Below are positions 35,761 to 45,713 of a stretch of DNA of 64,000 nt, one piece after another. The notes under the pieces were generated by a model. The model was not told where the DNA came from, did not search any database, and worked only from the letters and a program-made list of their open reading frames with translations. Position numbers and translations under genes: made by a program. Each line of letters starts with the position of its first letter. Within the stretch, counting starts at the first letter, position 1. Origin of the DNA: Acidimicrobiia bacterium (GTDB lineage: Bacteria; Actinomycetota; Acidimicrobiia; Spongiisociales; UBA5794); contig JBPCTY010000060.1 in NCBI GenBank assembly GCA_051011415.1, positions 10,781 to 74,780 of the forward strand, read 5' to 3'.

Positions 35761-36363
35761 TCACAACGAGATGCGCGAGAGACCACCCACCACAGCCGGG
35801 CCAACGGTCAGAAGCACAAAGCCGGGGAGAGTCAGAAACGCAAGAGGGAAGAGAAGCTTCACTGGCAGCCGGTTGAGTCGTTCTTGTGCTGCCGCAGCCC
35901 TGTCCGCCCTCATCGTCATCGCAAGTGCCGACAGACCTGGCCCCAACGGACCGCCGGTGGTAGAGGACTTCTCAGCCTCGACAAAGATCTTCCTGATGGC
36001 CTCGGAATTGGGCTCAGCCCGCAGACCCGAACCAGTTCGCCGGAGCGCTTGTGCGATGTCAATGGCTACAGCTCCGCCAGCTTCACGCCCAGCGAGGGAA
36101 ACCGCGGAAATGAACGGCAAACCCGAGGCCGAAGCGAGCGACGTCACATCAACGGCCAACAACTCGGACTCCGCATCGATCCCGGTGCGAGCCTTCTTTG
36201 CGAGAGCCTTCCTCCAAGCAACAATGATCACGATCGCACCACTCGCGGCGAGCGTGAGCAGCGGACCGGCCACGATGACCGAAAGCGCAATGCCAAGGGC
36301 CAACGCAATCCAGTGCTTGCCGAGAAACGTCGCAATTGCTGTAGCCACTGCGACAGCTACCAC
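35761..36363 (-). CDS. tadC: Tad pilus assembly inner-membrane protein TadC (GspF-like)
   Basis: Multi-TM, T2SSF-like, directly downstream of tadB. Confidence 0.65.
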   Translation of the reverse strand: MVAVAVATAIATFLGKHWIALALGIALSVIVAGPLLTLAASGAIVIIVAWRKALAKKARTGIDAESELLAVDVTSLASASGLPFISAVSLAGREAGGAVAIDIAQALRRTGSGLRAEPNSEAIRKIFVEAEKSSTTGGPLGPGLSALAMTMRADRAAAAQERLNRLPVKLLFPLAFLTLPGFVLLTVGPAVVGGLSRISL

Positions 36364-37031
36364 CTCGACACTCGCTTGGTGACCGCAAGCACCACCGTCG
36401 CACCGACGACCATCATCAACGACCCGAGCAACATCGGCACCACAACCGGGGCACCTCCGGGTTCTGGCACTCCCCGGAGCAACACGATTGCAACGCCTAT
36501 CGCGAGTGGGAGTACACCCACGACGATCGCCGAGAACTTCGCCTGAGCAAGCGCAACGCCCGCATCCCTGCGCTGCTGTCGTTGGTCGCTCGCCTGGTGG
36601 GCAAGCATCAGCAGCGCTGGCCCGATTGAAGACCCTGCTTCCTCTGAAACAGATGCGACCGCAATGAACTCCCTACCCGTCGTTCGAAGATGAGGCATCA
36701 GCGATGCAGCGACATCTCGCATTGGTGCCCCCAACTCACACAACCGCCGGGTCGATCTGTCGACCAGGGTCGATGGCGAACTCGCAACCGCAGTCCTGAG
36801 GTCTGCTCCTGCCCGCACACCCGCCGAGAGATCACGGAGAAGCCGTTGAACCGCGTCTTCGTCGTGCGATCTCCTGCGGCTTTGAACCACACGGCTCGTG
36901 ATGACCACACCGAGGGCAGCGAAGGCGACCAGCGGCGACAGCACAAACGCAGCCGCAACCAAGACCGCACCAACCGGTGCGCGAAGAGCAAGAAGCGTTG
37001 CTGCGACGACAGCCGGAACGAGACGAATCAT
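36357..37031 (-). CDS. tadB: Tad pilus assembly inner-membrane protein TadB (GspF-like)
   Basis: Multi-TM, T2SSF-like. Start overlaps the tadA stop (ATGA). Confidence 0.65.
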   Translation of the reverse strand: MIRLVPAVVAATLLALRAPVGAVLVAAAFVLSPLVAFAALGVVITSRVVQSRRRSHDEDAVQRLLRDLSAGVRAGADLRTAVASSPSTLVDRSTRRLCELGAPMRDVAASLMPHLRTTGREFIAVASVSEEAGSSIGPALLMLAHQASDQRQQRRDAGVALAQAKFSAIVVGVLPLAIGVAIVLLRGVPEPGGAPVVVPMLLGSLMMVVGATVVLAVTKRVSRW

Positions 37032-38074
37032 TGGCGAGGAACCTCAGCGATGGGCGTCACCGAAGAGACTCGCCGACCGCCTGGGTGCCGCTCCACCATC
37101 ACCACCTGATCGATGGCCGTTCTTACGAGAGCACCGAGCGCACCGTGCGGCACATCCTCGGGAGCCATCGCGGCCAAGGTCTCGATGCGTGCAAGCGCTT
37201 GATCTGGTGATCGCGCATGCACTGTCGACATCGACCCGCTGTGCCCGGTTGCAAGGGCCTGCACCATGTCGAGTGCCTCGGCTCCCCTGACTTCGCCTAC
37301 GACGATCCTGTCTGGTCTCAACCGCAGGGCGTGTCGAACGAGCTGGCGCATCGTCACGTCACCAACTCCGTCCACGTTCGCTCTTCGGCTCTCAAGGCGC
37401 ACGACGTGGCCGCCAACCCGTAGTTCTGCGGCATCTTCGATCGTGACAATCCGCTCTCCGTCTTTCACCATCGAACACAGCACATTGAGCAGGGTTGTCT
37501 TGCCCGCACCTGTACCTCCCGCAACCACGAGGTTGGCTCTCGTATCTATGGCGACCCGAAGCTGTTCGGCGATCTCTGCGGTGAGGCAATCGCCCTCAAT
37601 CAGGTCATCAAGGGTGCGAACCGTGGGGTGAAACCTTCGTATCGCGACCACGGGCCCATCGACCGACGCAGGCGGTATCGCCGCATGCAATCTGGACCCG
37701 TCCGCAAGCCGTGCATCGACCGCTGGCTCGGACCGATCGATCCGGAGACCCAGAGGCGCAATCACCCTCCGCACCATCGCCAACACATCGTCGGCGTTCC
37801 GGAATCCGACATCAACGCGAACGAGCTCGCCCGACCGCTCCACCCAGACGTCGTCGTGGCCGTTGACCAGCACGTCGGTGATGCGTGCGTCACCAAGGAG
37901 AGACTCAAGCGGTCCGAGTCCAACCATCGCGTCGACCGCACGAACGACCGACTCGTTGCCTGCAAGCGGCGCTATCTCGGGCTGCAACCGAGCGCCCTCC
38001 GCAAGAAGGGCTTCTCGGTCCACGGGAGTGTCGGATGCAACAAGCGATGCGACCAGCCGGTCAACCTCACTCAC
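37028..38074 (-). CDS. tadA: Tad/Flp pilus assembly ATPase TadA/CpaF
   Basis: Walker A VVAGGTGAGKTTLLN, Asp box, Walker B and His box (ALATGHSGSMSTVHA). 348 aa. Confidence 0.9.
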   Translation of the reverse strand: MSEVDRLVASLVASDTPVDREALLAEGARLQPEIAPLAGNESVVRAVDAMVGLGPLESLLGDARITDVLVNGHDDVWVERSGELVRVDVGFRNADDVLAMVRRVIAPLGLRIDRSEPAVDARLADGSRLHAAIPPASVDGPVVAIRRFHPTVRTLDDLIEGDCLTAEIAEQLRVAIDTRANLVVAGGTGAGKTTLLNVLCSMVKDGERIVTIEDAAELRVGGHVVRLESRRANVDGVGDVTMRQLVRHALRLRPDRIVVGEVRGAEALDMVQALATGHSGSMSTVHARSPDQALARIETLAAMAPEDVPHGALGALVRTAIDQVVMVERHPGGRRVSSVTPIAEVPRQ

Positions 38075-38606
38075 GAAGCCACATCCTTCCGAGGGCCGAA
38101 AGCCACCGATCTCGTCCAGACGGCTGAGCTCCTTTCATCAACGCGGAAACCGTTCCTCTTCGTGGGATAGGAAGAACCACGGAGTCGGCACGACCGGAAG
38201 GCGACAGCGCCGACCGCTGGTAAACGCAAGGATCCGGTGAAGTCGGTGTGAAGGGGCTCGGGAGCAGCGGGAGGAATGCGACTGCTCCCTCAGGCCTCGG
38301 ACCAGCTGCTGGGCACTTGAGAACCACCCGTGGCCAGCGCTCCACGAATGCTTCGATGACATTGGAGGCCGCTGCCACGTCGACTCCGCCGTTTGACAGA
38401 TACCCCCTTCGACCGCTGGTGAAGCGAAGCTGTTCGGCAGTAGGTCCATCGTTCACCAGTTGTGCAAGTGTGGGGCCTGGGCCCACTGCAGGCCCAGCCC
38501 GATCAAGATCAATCACCAGACCACCCGTTGGCGTCGACACCAGTCCGAGCGGAATGAGGACATTGAGTGCGGCGTCCACAGGGATCCATGAGGCGAGTAC
38601 GGGCAT
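38067..38606 (-). CDS. Hypothetical Pro-rich protein in the tadZ/cpaE position, without a recognisable ParA/MinD ATPase domain
   Basis: In-frame ORF overlapping the tadA start by 8 nt. No Walker A. Low-complexity Pro/Gly-rich C-terminus. Confidence 0.35.
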   Translation of the reverse strand: MPVLASWIPVDAALNVLIPLGLVSTPTGGLVIDLDRAGPAVGPGPTLAQLVNDGPTAEQLRFTSGRRGYLSNGGVDVAAASNVIEAFVERWPRVVLKCPAAGPRPEGAVAFLPLLPSPFTPTSPDPCVYQRSALSPSGRADSVVLPIPRRGTVSALMKGAQPSGRDRWLSALGRMWLRE

Positions 38607-38730
38607 CAGATGTTCCTCCGGGCGTCGGAGGGGAAGCAGTCCGAACGTATCGAGACGGCCATTGCGATGCAATACCCCTGTGTGATGTTCCCTCATGAGG
38701 CGACGTCATGGTGTCGATACACTTCCCACG

Positions 38731-39513
38731 ATGCAGGAAGCAGCCTTCTTCGATCTCGACAAGACGATCATCGCTGGGTCGTCGACCCTTGCGTTTGGTC
38801 GTCCGCTGTACCGCGCCGGCTTCCTTCATCGACGCACGCTGCTTCGGCTTGGCATCGCCTCGGTCTCATACATGCTCTTTGGCGCAGATGAGGACAGCCT
38901 TGAACGAGCAAGAGACGAAATGCTTGACCTGGTATCCGGATGGGACCGTGCAGAGATCGACTCGATCGTCGAAGAGACCCTCTCCGAGGTCATCGACCCA
39001 CTCGTATTCGCCGAGGCGCTCTTCTTGATCGATGAGCACAAGCGATCCGGTCGCGAGGTGTATGTGGTCTCAGCGAGCCCGGAGGAGTTCGTTGCACCGA
39101 TTGCGCGAATGGTCGGCATCGACAAGGTGGTCGCGACGCAGATTCGGACGGATGCGATGGGTCGCTATGTGCCCGAGCTTGAGCGGTATGTGATGGGGCC
39201 AGGGAAGGCCAAGGCGATGCAGGACGTCGCCGAACGCGACGGCATCGACCTCGACAAGTCATTTGCATATACAGACAGCTTCACCGACATGCCAATGCTC
39301 GATGCAGTCGGCAACCCTGTGGCAGTGAATCCTGAAAAGGAGCTTCGGGAGGCCGCCGAAGAGAACGACTGGCCGATCCTTGAATTCCAGCGCCCTGTTT
39401 CCCTCGGTCCCAGGGTTCCTGCTCCACCGCCAAAGGTGTGGGTTGGCGTGGCAGCTGGAGCCCTTGCGGCTGCAGCCATTGTTGCGGTGTCAAAGCGCCG
39501 GAGTCACGCCTGA
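38731..39513 (+). CDS. HAD-IB family hydrolase (phosphoserine-phosphatase-like)
   Basis: Motif I FFDLDKTII, motif II VVSASP, and motifs III/IV K...DSFTDMPML. C-terminal hydrophobic anchor. Divergent from the tad locus, as with the mycobacterial Rv3661-type gene. Confidence 0.75.
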   Translation: MQEAAFFDLDKTIIAGSSTLAFGRPLYRAGFLHRRTLLRLGIASVSYMLFGADEDSLERARDEMLDLVSGWDRAEIDSIVEETLSEVIDPLVFAEALFLIDEHKRSGREVYVVSASPEEFVAPIARMVGIDKVVATQIRTDAMGRYVPELERYVMGPGKAKAMQDVAERDGIDLDKSFAYTDSFTDMPMLDAVGNPVAVNPEKELREAAEENDWPILEFQRPVSLGPRVPAPPPKVWVGVAAGALAAAAIVAVSKRRSHA

Positions 39514-39521
39514 GTCAGGCG
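39507..39521. terminator. Weak GC-rich hairpin between convergent genes
   Basis: CGCCTG-AGT-CAGGCG overlapping the HAD gene stop. No U-tract. Confidence 0.2.
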
Positions 39522-39576
39522 CCGATCCTGGTGCCCCGACACCGTGATCGATGTCGAACACCAGGCCGGAGGCAAG

Positions 39577-41001
39577 CTACTGACCCTCGCTTGGTGAATC
39601 CTCTTCAGAGGCCTCTGCGGCTGCAGCTGTCGCTGCTTCCTTCGCTGCAACGCCCTCTTCACGGGCCGACTCGATCTTTTCCGTTGTCAGCTTCGGAGCT
39701 GCCCAGAAGAACAGGAGAAGGAGCGCTGCTGCGGCTACGAAGTAGGGCATCCGAAGCGCCATCACCCGGTCGAGGCCCGCTGCTTCGGAGCCCGCCACGA
39801 TCAAGCCACCGAAGGCGAGACCAATCGGCATCATGCCCCACGCAAAGAATCGATAGACGGAATTGACCCGGCCAAGCAGGTGATCGGGAATGATCGTTTG
39901 GCGAAGCGACACGGTGATCACGTTCCACAGCACGGCCGTGGCGGAGAAGAAGAGGAACATGATCCAGGCGATGATCCAGTGTGTGGCAAGGCCAATGACA
40001 AGGGTTGCAACGATTTGCCCAACCAAGGTGATGTACAGCGACGTGCCACTCCCAAGCTTCTTGGAGACGCGGGGTGCCACGATCGACCCGATGACGCCGC
40101 CGACCGCACCCGCCATCATGAGAATCGCAAAAATGGTGGCGGTCGTGCCGAGCACCTCCTGCGCAAAGAGCACAATCGTCGCAAAGATCATCGAGAACAG
40201 CGCGTTCATGATCCCGAGGATGATCGCCATGGGTCGAAGCAGGGGGTGTGCCCACAGCCATGTCACACCCTCCTTGATCTCGGCCCAGAATCCTTGGTTT
40301 TCAGACTCGGGAGACGCCATCGATCGATCGACGGTGAACACGCCACTCAATGCAAAGATCAAGGCCGCTGCAATGGCGAACGTCCCTGCGTCGAAGAAGA
40401 ACGGGACTGCGAAAGCGATAGCAATCAGAAAGCTTCCGAGCGGCGGGCCGACGAACTGATTCATCACCATTTCAGCGCCCCACAGCCGGCTGTTCGCCTT
40501 CTCGAGACCCTCTGGCTCCACAATCGCCGGAAGGATCGTCTGGGCTGCGTTGTCGTAGAGGACCTCTGCAACCCCGAAGAGCAGGGCGGAGATCAGAAGC
40601 GTCAGATACACCGTCGTGTTCGACACGACCTCGTCGCCGGTAGCAATAACGTCGGATGACGGCAGGAGATCCTGGTTCAGCAAGACGATGATCGCCACGG
40701 TCAGGGTCAGTGCGAATCGGAAGACCGACATCGCAGCCATGATCTTTCGCCGATCAACCCTGTCGGTGATGACACCCGCAGGGAGGGTGAACACAAGCCA
40801 CGGAATGCGCTGGGCGATGGCAATCAAGGCAATCGCCATTGGATCCCTGGTAACTGCCGAGGCAAGCCATGGGTAGGCAATCCCAGCGACGCCGTCGCCG
40901 AGATTTGAGACAACGCTTGCGGTCCAGAGCTTCCAATAGTTCGCACCGAGCTTGATCTTGTCCTTCACCGGTGTGCCCTTATCGGCTGCAACGTCAGTCA
41001 T
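39577..41001 (-). CDS. MFS transporter
   Basis: 12-14 TM with the MFS D-R-x-x-R-like loop (GVITDRVDRRK). Start at MTDVAADKG. Overlaps the upstream ArsR-family gene by 8 nt. Confidence 0.8.
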   Translation of the reverse strand: MTDVAADKGTPVKDKIKLGANYWKLWTASVVSNLGDGVAGIAYPWLASAVTRDPMAIALIAIAQRIPWLVFTLPAGVITDRVDRRKIMAAMSVFRFALTLTVAIIVLLNQDLLPSSDVIATGDEVVSNTTVYLTLLISALLFGVAEVLYDNAAQTILPAIVEPEGLEKANSRLWGAEMVMNQFVGPPLGSFLIAIAFAVPFFFDAGTFAIAAALIFALSGVFTVDRSMASPESENQGFWAEIKEGVTWLWAHPLLRPMAIILGIMNALFSMIFATIVLFAQEVLGTTATIFAILMMAGAVGGVIGSIVAPRVSKKLGSGTSLYITLVGQIVATLVIGLATHWIIAWIMFLFFSATAVLWNVITVSLRQTIIPDHLLGRVNSVYRFFAWGMMPIGLAFGGLIVAGSEAAGLDRVMALRMPYFVAAAALLLLFFWAAPKLTTEKIESAREEGVAAKEAATAAAAEASEEDSPSEGQ

Positions 41002-41584
41002 CGCGACCCTCCGCATCTTCAAACGCAGGATGATCGGTGGGGAACACACCGGCGAGGAGTCCGTAGACAGTGTCGCCACTTCGCGGCAGCTCGATGAACT
41101 CGTCGGCGATCTCCGCAATGCGATCGAAGAACTCGACCGCTCGTTCGGCGGGAATCCTTGCCATCCGAGAGGTGAACATCGGGGTCGGATCTTCCTCGGT
41201 TCTTGTCATGCCTCGGAGGGCATCGGTGACAAACCACATTGGATCGTCCGTCGTTGGCGAGACCATGAAGTGAATAGTTCGTCCCGTTCGGCCGTAGTAC
41301 TTCTCGGTCATCGCCCTGACCTTGGCCGTGCGCACGACCCGCACAAGTCCGGCATCCTCAAGCACCTTCACGTGATACCCGACGGTCCCCTTCGGCTTGT
41401 CGAGCGCATCCGCCAACTGCGATTGGGTGGCGGCCCGCTCGAGCAAGAGGTTGAGAATGTTCATGCGCGTGTCGTCCGCAACGGCCTTCATCTGCGAGTG
41501 ATCGCTCACCGCAACCATCTCATCAAGCTCGTAGTCGAGCGTGTGGGTCGATTCGGAAGGCGGTGCTGGGTCTGGTTCGGCCAT
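40994..41584 (-). CDS. ArsR/SmtB-family HTH transcriptional regulator
   Basis: wHTH: DDTRMNILNLLLERAATQSQLADALDKPKGTVGYHVKVLEDAGLV. Confidence 0.7.
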   Translation of the reverse strand: MAEPDPAPPSESTHTLDYELDEMVAVSDHSQMKAVADDTRMNILNLLLERAATQSQLADALDKPKGTVGYHVKVLEDAGLVRVVRTAKVRAMTEKYYGRTGRTIHFMVSPTTDDPMWFVTDALRGMTRTEEDPTPMFTSRMARIPAERAVEFFDRIAEIADEFIELPRSGDTVYGLLAGVFPTDHPAFEDAEGRDD

Positions 41585-41652
41585 GTGTCCGTATTGTCGA
41601 AGAAACACGAATGTTCGACTATTCCCGACCGTTTGTCAAATGTCGGGACACG

Positions 41653-42156
41653 TCAGGTGCTGGACGGTCCCTCCGGTGCAGCGTCATCCTCACGATTCGG
41701 CATGAATGCCCACCAGGCAAGTGCGCCCAAGGCAGCGAGTGCAAGCCCTGCACCGATGATGAGCCACACGGTGGTTGACGAGATCGAAGACGCCGGCGGT
41801 GGACTCGGATCGCCATCGAGCACGACAGGATCCACCCCAAGTTCCAAGAGATTGGTGGTCTCGGACCTCGTTGTTTCGCCCTCCGGCGGAATCGCTTCAA
41901 ACACGATCGACCAGTTCTCAGCAGACGGAACGACAACCCGTGCGCCCCACACGCCGTTTCCCCTATCGATCATGGCGGTTGGCCCGAGTTCCTCGTACGA
42001 GCTGAACGGTCGAACAATCACTGCCTCGAAGCTTGCGTCCATCTCAACGGTGACCTCCAGCTCCAGTCCTTCCTCATCAGACAGGGCAGTCGCCGCGGCT
42101 TCGCCGAAGGGAGACGAAAGAAGGACTGACGCGATGATTGCGGCAACAACGAGCAT
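41653..42156 (-). CDS. Hypothetical secreted protein with a C-terminal TM anchor
   Basis: N-terminal signal-like MLVVAAIIASVLLSSPFGEA, an acidic stretch, and a C-terminal TM VWLIIGAGLALAALGALAWWAF. Confidence 0.4.
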   Translation of the reverse strand: MLVVAAIIASVLLSSPFGEAAATALSDEEGLELEVTVEMDASFEAVIVRPFSSYEELGPTAMIDRGNGVWGARVVVPSAENWSIVFEAIPPEGETTRSETTNLLELGVDPVVLDGDPSPPPASSISSTTVWLIIGAGLALAALGALAWWAFMPNREDDAAPEGPSST

Positions 42157-42248
42157 CTGAGGATCGTATATCGCTCGACGACTGACCCGTGGCTTGCTGT
42201 GGACCTCGCATGGTTACCCTCCCCGCACTCGCAAGATTCAGCTGACAC

Positions 42249-43676
42249 TTGGATGTCATGACCACAGCACCCACAGCACCCACAACACTGTTCGACAAGG
42301 TGTGGAACCAGCACGTTGTTCATCATGAGCCCGGAAAGCCTGATCTGCTCTACATCGATCTGCACCTTGTTCATGAGGTCACATCACCGCAGGCATTCGA
42401 ATCTCTCTCCCTCAGCGGACGGCCAGTACGTCGGCCTGAGCTCACCCTTGCAACGATTGATCACGCGGTACCGACAACCTCACGTGCCGACGGGATCAAG
42501 GATCCGCTTTCAGCGACGCAGATCGCAACTCTGCGCCGCAACGCAGACACCAACGACATCCTCCTTCTCGACATCCATGACGAACGACAAGGGATCGTCC
42601 ACGTGGTTGGCCCGGAGCAGGGAGCGACGCAACCCGGTGCGACAATCGTGTGCGGGGACTCGCACACCGCAACGCATGGTGCATTTGGTGCCCTCGCCTT
42701 CGGAATCGGCACCTCCGAGGTAGAGCATGTGCTCGCCACACAGACGCTCCAGCAACAACGTCCAAAGTCCATGGCGGTCACCGTCGACGGCGAGCTTCCT
42801 GCCGGTGTCACTGCCAAGGACATCATCCTTGCAGTCATCGCGCAAATAGGGACTGCTGGCGCCTCGGGCCATGTGATCGAGTACCGCGGCTCAACAATCC
42901 GTGCCCTCGGCATGGAGGGCCGCATGACCGTCTGCAACATGTCGATCGAGGCTGGTGCGCGGGCTGGAATGATCGCACCCGACGAAACGACCTTCGATTA
43001 TCTCGCAGGAAGACCAATGGCGCCACGGGGGGCTGATTGGGACGACGCTGTAAACGAGTGGCGCAAGTTGGTCACCGATGACGGAGCCGTCTTCGACAAG
43101 GAGATCACGATCGACGCCTCGACCCTCGAGCCATACGTCTCATGGGGCACCAACCCTGGCCAAACACTTCCGATCAGCGCCTCCGTACCTTCACCTTCGG
43201 ACTTCGATGACCCAGTTGATATCGACTCGACTGAACGAGCCCTCGCCTACATGGATCTTGAGCCGGGGACGCCACTGCGTGAGGTCTCAATCGATTTCGT
43301 TTTCATCGGATCGTGTACGAACGGCAGGATCGAGGATCTGCGGGCGGCGGCGAGCGTCCTCGAAGGCAAACACATCGCAGATTCTGTCACTGGCATCGTC
43401 GTTCCGGGGTCAGGGCTCGTGAAACACCAGGCCGAAGCCGAAGGGCTCGATGCCGTCTTCCTGAGTGCCGGCCTTGAATGGAGAGAGCCGGGCTGTTCGA
43501 TGTGTCTCGCGATGAATCCCGACGTCCTTGCCCCTGGCGTACGTTGCGCCTCGACATCGAACCGGAACTTCGAGGGACGACAGGGACGAGGCGGCCGCAC
43601 ACATCTCGTTTCGCCAGAGATGGCAGCCGCCGCCGCGGTCGCAGGACACCTCACCGATGTCAGGGAGGTACTCTGA
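42249..43676 (+). CDS. leuC: 3-isopropylmalate dehydratase large subunit
   Basis: Aconitase-family motifs and Cys ligands ([15 protein letters not shown]). 475 aa. Confidence 0.92.
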   Translation: MDVMTTAPTAPTTLFDKVWNQHVVHHEPGKPDLLYIDLHLVHEVTSPQAFESLSLSGRPVRRPELTLATIDHAVPTTSRADGIKDPLSATQIATLRRNADTNDILLLDIHDERQGIVHVVGPEQGATQPGATIVCGDSHTATHGAFGALAFGIGTSEVEHVLATQTLQQQRPKSMAVTVDGELPAGVTAKDIILAVIAQIGTAGASGHVIEYRGSTIRALGMEGRMTVCNMSIEAGARAGMIAPDETTFDYLAGRPMAPRGADWDDAVNEWRKLVTDDGAVFDKEITIDASTLEPYVSWGTNPGQTLPISASVPSPSDFDDPVDIDSTERALAYMDLEPGTPLREVSIDFVFIGSCTNGRIEDLRAAASVLEGKHIADSVTGIVVPGSGLVKHQAEAEGLDAVFLSAGLEWREPGCSMCLAMNPDVLAPGVRCASTSNRNFEGRQGRGGRTHLVSPEMAAAAAVAGHLTDVREVL

Positions 43677-44278
43677 TGGAACCAGTGAGCACCGTCGTGG
43701 GAACTGCAGTCCCCCTGCCTTTGGCAAACGTGGATACCGATCAGATTGTCCCAAAGCAGTTCCTGAAGCGCGTCGAACGAAGCGGTTTCGGAGAGTTCCT
43801 CTTCTACGACTGGGCTCGTGACGCCGAAGGTGAACTTGAGCCATCGTTCGTTCTGAACGACCCCGCGTATGCCGATGGCAAGATCCTCGTTGCGGGACCC
43901 AACTTCGGATCGGGTTCCTCGAGAGAGCATGCCCCTTGGGCGCTTGAGGACTGGGGCTTCAAGGCGGTAATCGCCCAATCCTTCGCCGACATCTTCTCCA
44001 ACAACTGCACGAAGATCGGCGTGCTGCCGATCGTGCTGTCACCGCTCGAGGTTGATGCACTCATGGAGCTCGCTTCACGGACACCGAACACGGTCACCGT
44101 CGACCTCAATGACCAGACAGTGACAGCGGAAGGCTTCGCTGCATCGTTCGATATCGACCCTCACACCAAGCATTGCCTACTTCACGGCCTCGACGACATA
44201 GCGCTGACTCTTGAACAGAACCAAGAGATCGGCGGGTTCGAGGAGGAGCGACCAGCGTTCAAGACGGTTGTTCGCTGA
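43676..44278 (+). CDS. leuD: 3-isopropylmalate dehydratase small subunit
   Basis: Start [30 protein letters not shown] overlaps the leuC stop (TGATG). Aconitase swivel domain. Confidence 0.9.
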   Translation: MEPVSTVVGTAVPLPLANVDTDQIVPKQFLKRVERSGFGEFLFYDWARDAEGELEPSFVLNDPAYADGKILVAGPNFGSGSSREHAPWALEDWGFKAVIAQSFADIFSNNCTKIGVLPIVLSPLEVDALMELASRTPNTVTVDLNDQTVTAEGFAASFDIDPHTKHCLLHGLDDIALTLEQNQEIGGFEEERPAFKTVVR

Positions 44279-44323
44279 GTCCATGGTCGCAGTCCGACCA
44301 CGATGTGAGCCTCGAGATCCTGC

Positions 44324-44731
44324 TTGCAGATGGCACCTGGCTTACGCCCCCAAGATCGATTCGGACGTGTGATGTTCACACGACAGGAGCAGGCGCAGGC
44401 CATTATCGAGCGGCGAGCACGACGCGTTGCAAGCCAGATGCTCGGTCGTCAGGCAACCACGGGAGATGACTTCCGAGCGGCGCTCACCGTCGAACGGCTC
44501 GATCTCGTCGCCGAGATCCCTGACCGAGAATCACTTCTCGCACTCGGTCGCAATGTTGCAGGGCCAAAGAATGGCCTCTACATCATCGAGAAGGACACCG
44601 GGTACACCGTGTACCACCAGCACAACGGAGTCCCCTACGAAGAATTCTCAGACCTTTCGTTCGACGCAGCACGCGACGCCGCAATCGATTCACTCGTGAT
44701 GCTCAACGGAATCCCGTACGAGATCGGCTAG
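44324..44731 (+). CDS. Hypothetical protein
   Basis: In-frame ORF downstream of leuD. No recognisable motif. The true start may be the internal MFTRQEQ. Confidence 0.35.
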   Translation: MQMAPGLRPQDRFGRVMFTRQEQAQAIIERRARRVASQMLGRQATTGDDFRAALTVERLDLVAEIPDRESLLALGRNVAGPKNGLYIIEKDTGYTVYHQHNGVPYEEFSDLSFDAARDAAIDSLVMLNGIPYEIG

Positions 44732-44748
44732 CGCGAACAGCAGGCCCG

Positions 44749-45132
44749 CTATGCGCCCTCGTCGAGTATCAATCGCTCGGCAGTCAGTGACGACCCCTGC
44801 GCCGATCCGGTGTTCACGACATTCGATGGTTCAAGAAGCAGCGCCTTGGTGAGCTCATCAGCCCTCGGTCGATGCGCTTCGCCTGCAGGGACAACGAATA
44901 TCTCGCCCGGTCCAAGTTCGACTGCGTCACCCTGTTCGAGATCGATTGTCAACCTTCCCTCGGTGACCAGGAAAAGTTCGTCCGTGTCCTCATGGTGATG
45001 CCAGACAAACTCGCCCTGGACCTTCACGACCCGAACGTCGTAGTCGTTCATGGTGGCGACTGTTCGAGGAGCCCACAGTTCATCGAAGGCCGCAAAGCAC
45101 GAGTCGAGGTCGACCACCTTGCGGTCGCTCAT
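44749..45132 (-). CDS. Cupin-domain protein
   Basis: Cupin motifs HHHEDTDELFLVTEG and PAGEAH. 127 aa. Confidence 0.6.
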   Translation of the reverse strand: MSDRKVVDLDSCFAAFDELWAPRTVATMNDYDVRVVKVQGEFVWHHHEDTDELFLVTEGRLTIDLEQGDAVELGPGEIFVVPAGEAHRPRADELTKALLLEPSNVVNTGSAQGSSLTAERLILDEGA

Positions 45133-45713
45133 GCGCCGAGATACACACGGTCGCCGACGATCAGTTCAACGGCGGTTGGTGAATGGTCAGCGGCGACGAT
45201 GAATCCACGTCTCCCGTCATGCAAATCCGCAAGCGGTGCCTCGATCTCTGCGAGTGGCGCAACTTCCTCCAGCCCAAGCATGAAGCTTGTGAACTCGACG
45301 CATGGCGCAGCGACTCGAGGACGTTCGAGAGGGACAATGTCACCCGCTGTCGTTTCAACCACCAAACCCTCGCCGAGCTCATCGAGAGACATGGCCGGAC
45401 CTTCTACGACGATGTTCTCGCCGGCGACGCCGAGCGGTGCCGATCCGAAACGTGTCTCCATCTCGGCATAGTGTCCGGTGAAGCCGACGCTGAGCGGGCG
45501 ACGACCACCGCCTCGCCGTGACGGGTGTGCCTTGTGGTGTGCATCGACCACCCACTTCTCCCCGTCCCAGCCCAACATGCCCCATGCATCTATTGCAGCC
45601 CTGTCGACTACCAGAATCTGTTCTGGGAGATATCCCTCTCCCTTGACCTTGATTGGCACTTGCTGAATCTGGAGTCTGACGATCTTCCCTACTTCGTCAC
45701 CCTTGCTGAGCAT
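45129..45713 (-). CDS. Possible MOSC-like beta-barrel domain protein (uncertain)
   Basis: 194 aa. Stop overlaps the cupin start. Weak resemblance only. Confidence 0.35.
   Translation of the reverse strand: MLSKGDEVGKIVRLQIQQVPIKVKGEGYLPEQILVVDRAAIDAWGMLGWDGEKWVVDAHHKAHPSRRGGGRRPLSVGFTGHYAEMETRFGSAPLGVAGENIVVEGPAMSLDELGEGLVVETTAGDIVPLERPRVAAPCVEFTSFMLGLEEVAPLAEIEAPLADLHDGRRGFIVAADHSPTAVELIVGDRVYLGA

Noticed and set aside
34849-36546. 565-aa plus-strand ORF
   Set aside because: It runs antisense across tadE/flp/tadC/tadB. It is Arg/Pro/Ser-rich with no domains, whereas the minus-strand tad genes have canonical Flp/TadE/GspF features.
39880-42160. Plus-strand ORFs of 259, 189 and 402 aa
   Set aside because: They are antisense to the MFS, ArsR and secreted-protein genes. 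Their composition is Arg/His/Asp-rich and they have no domains.
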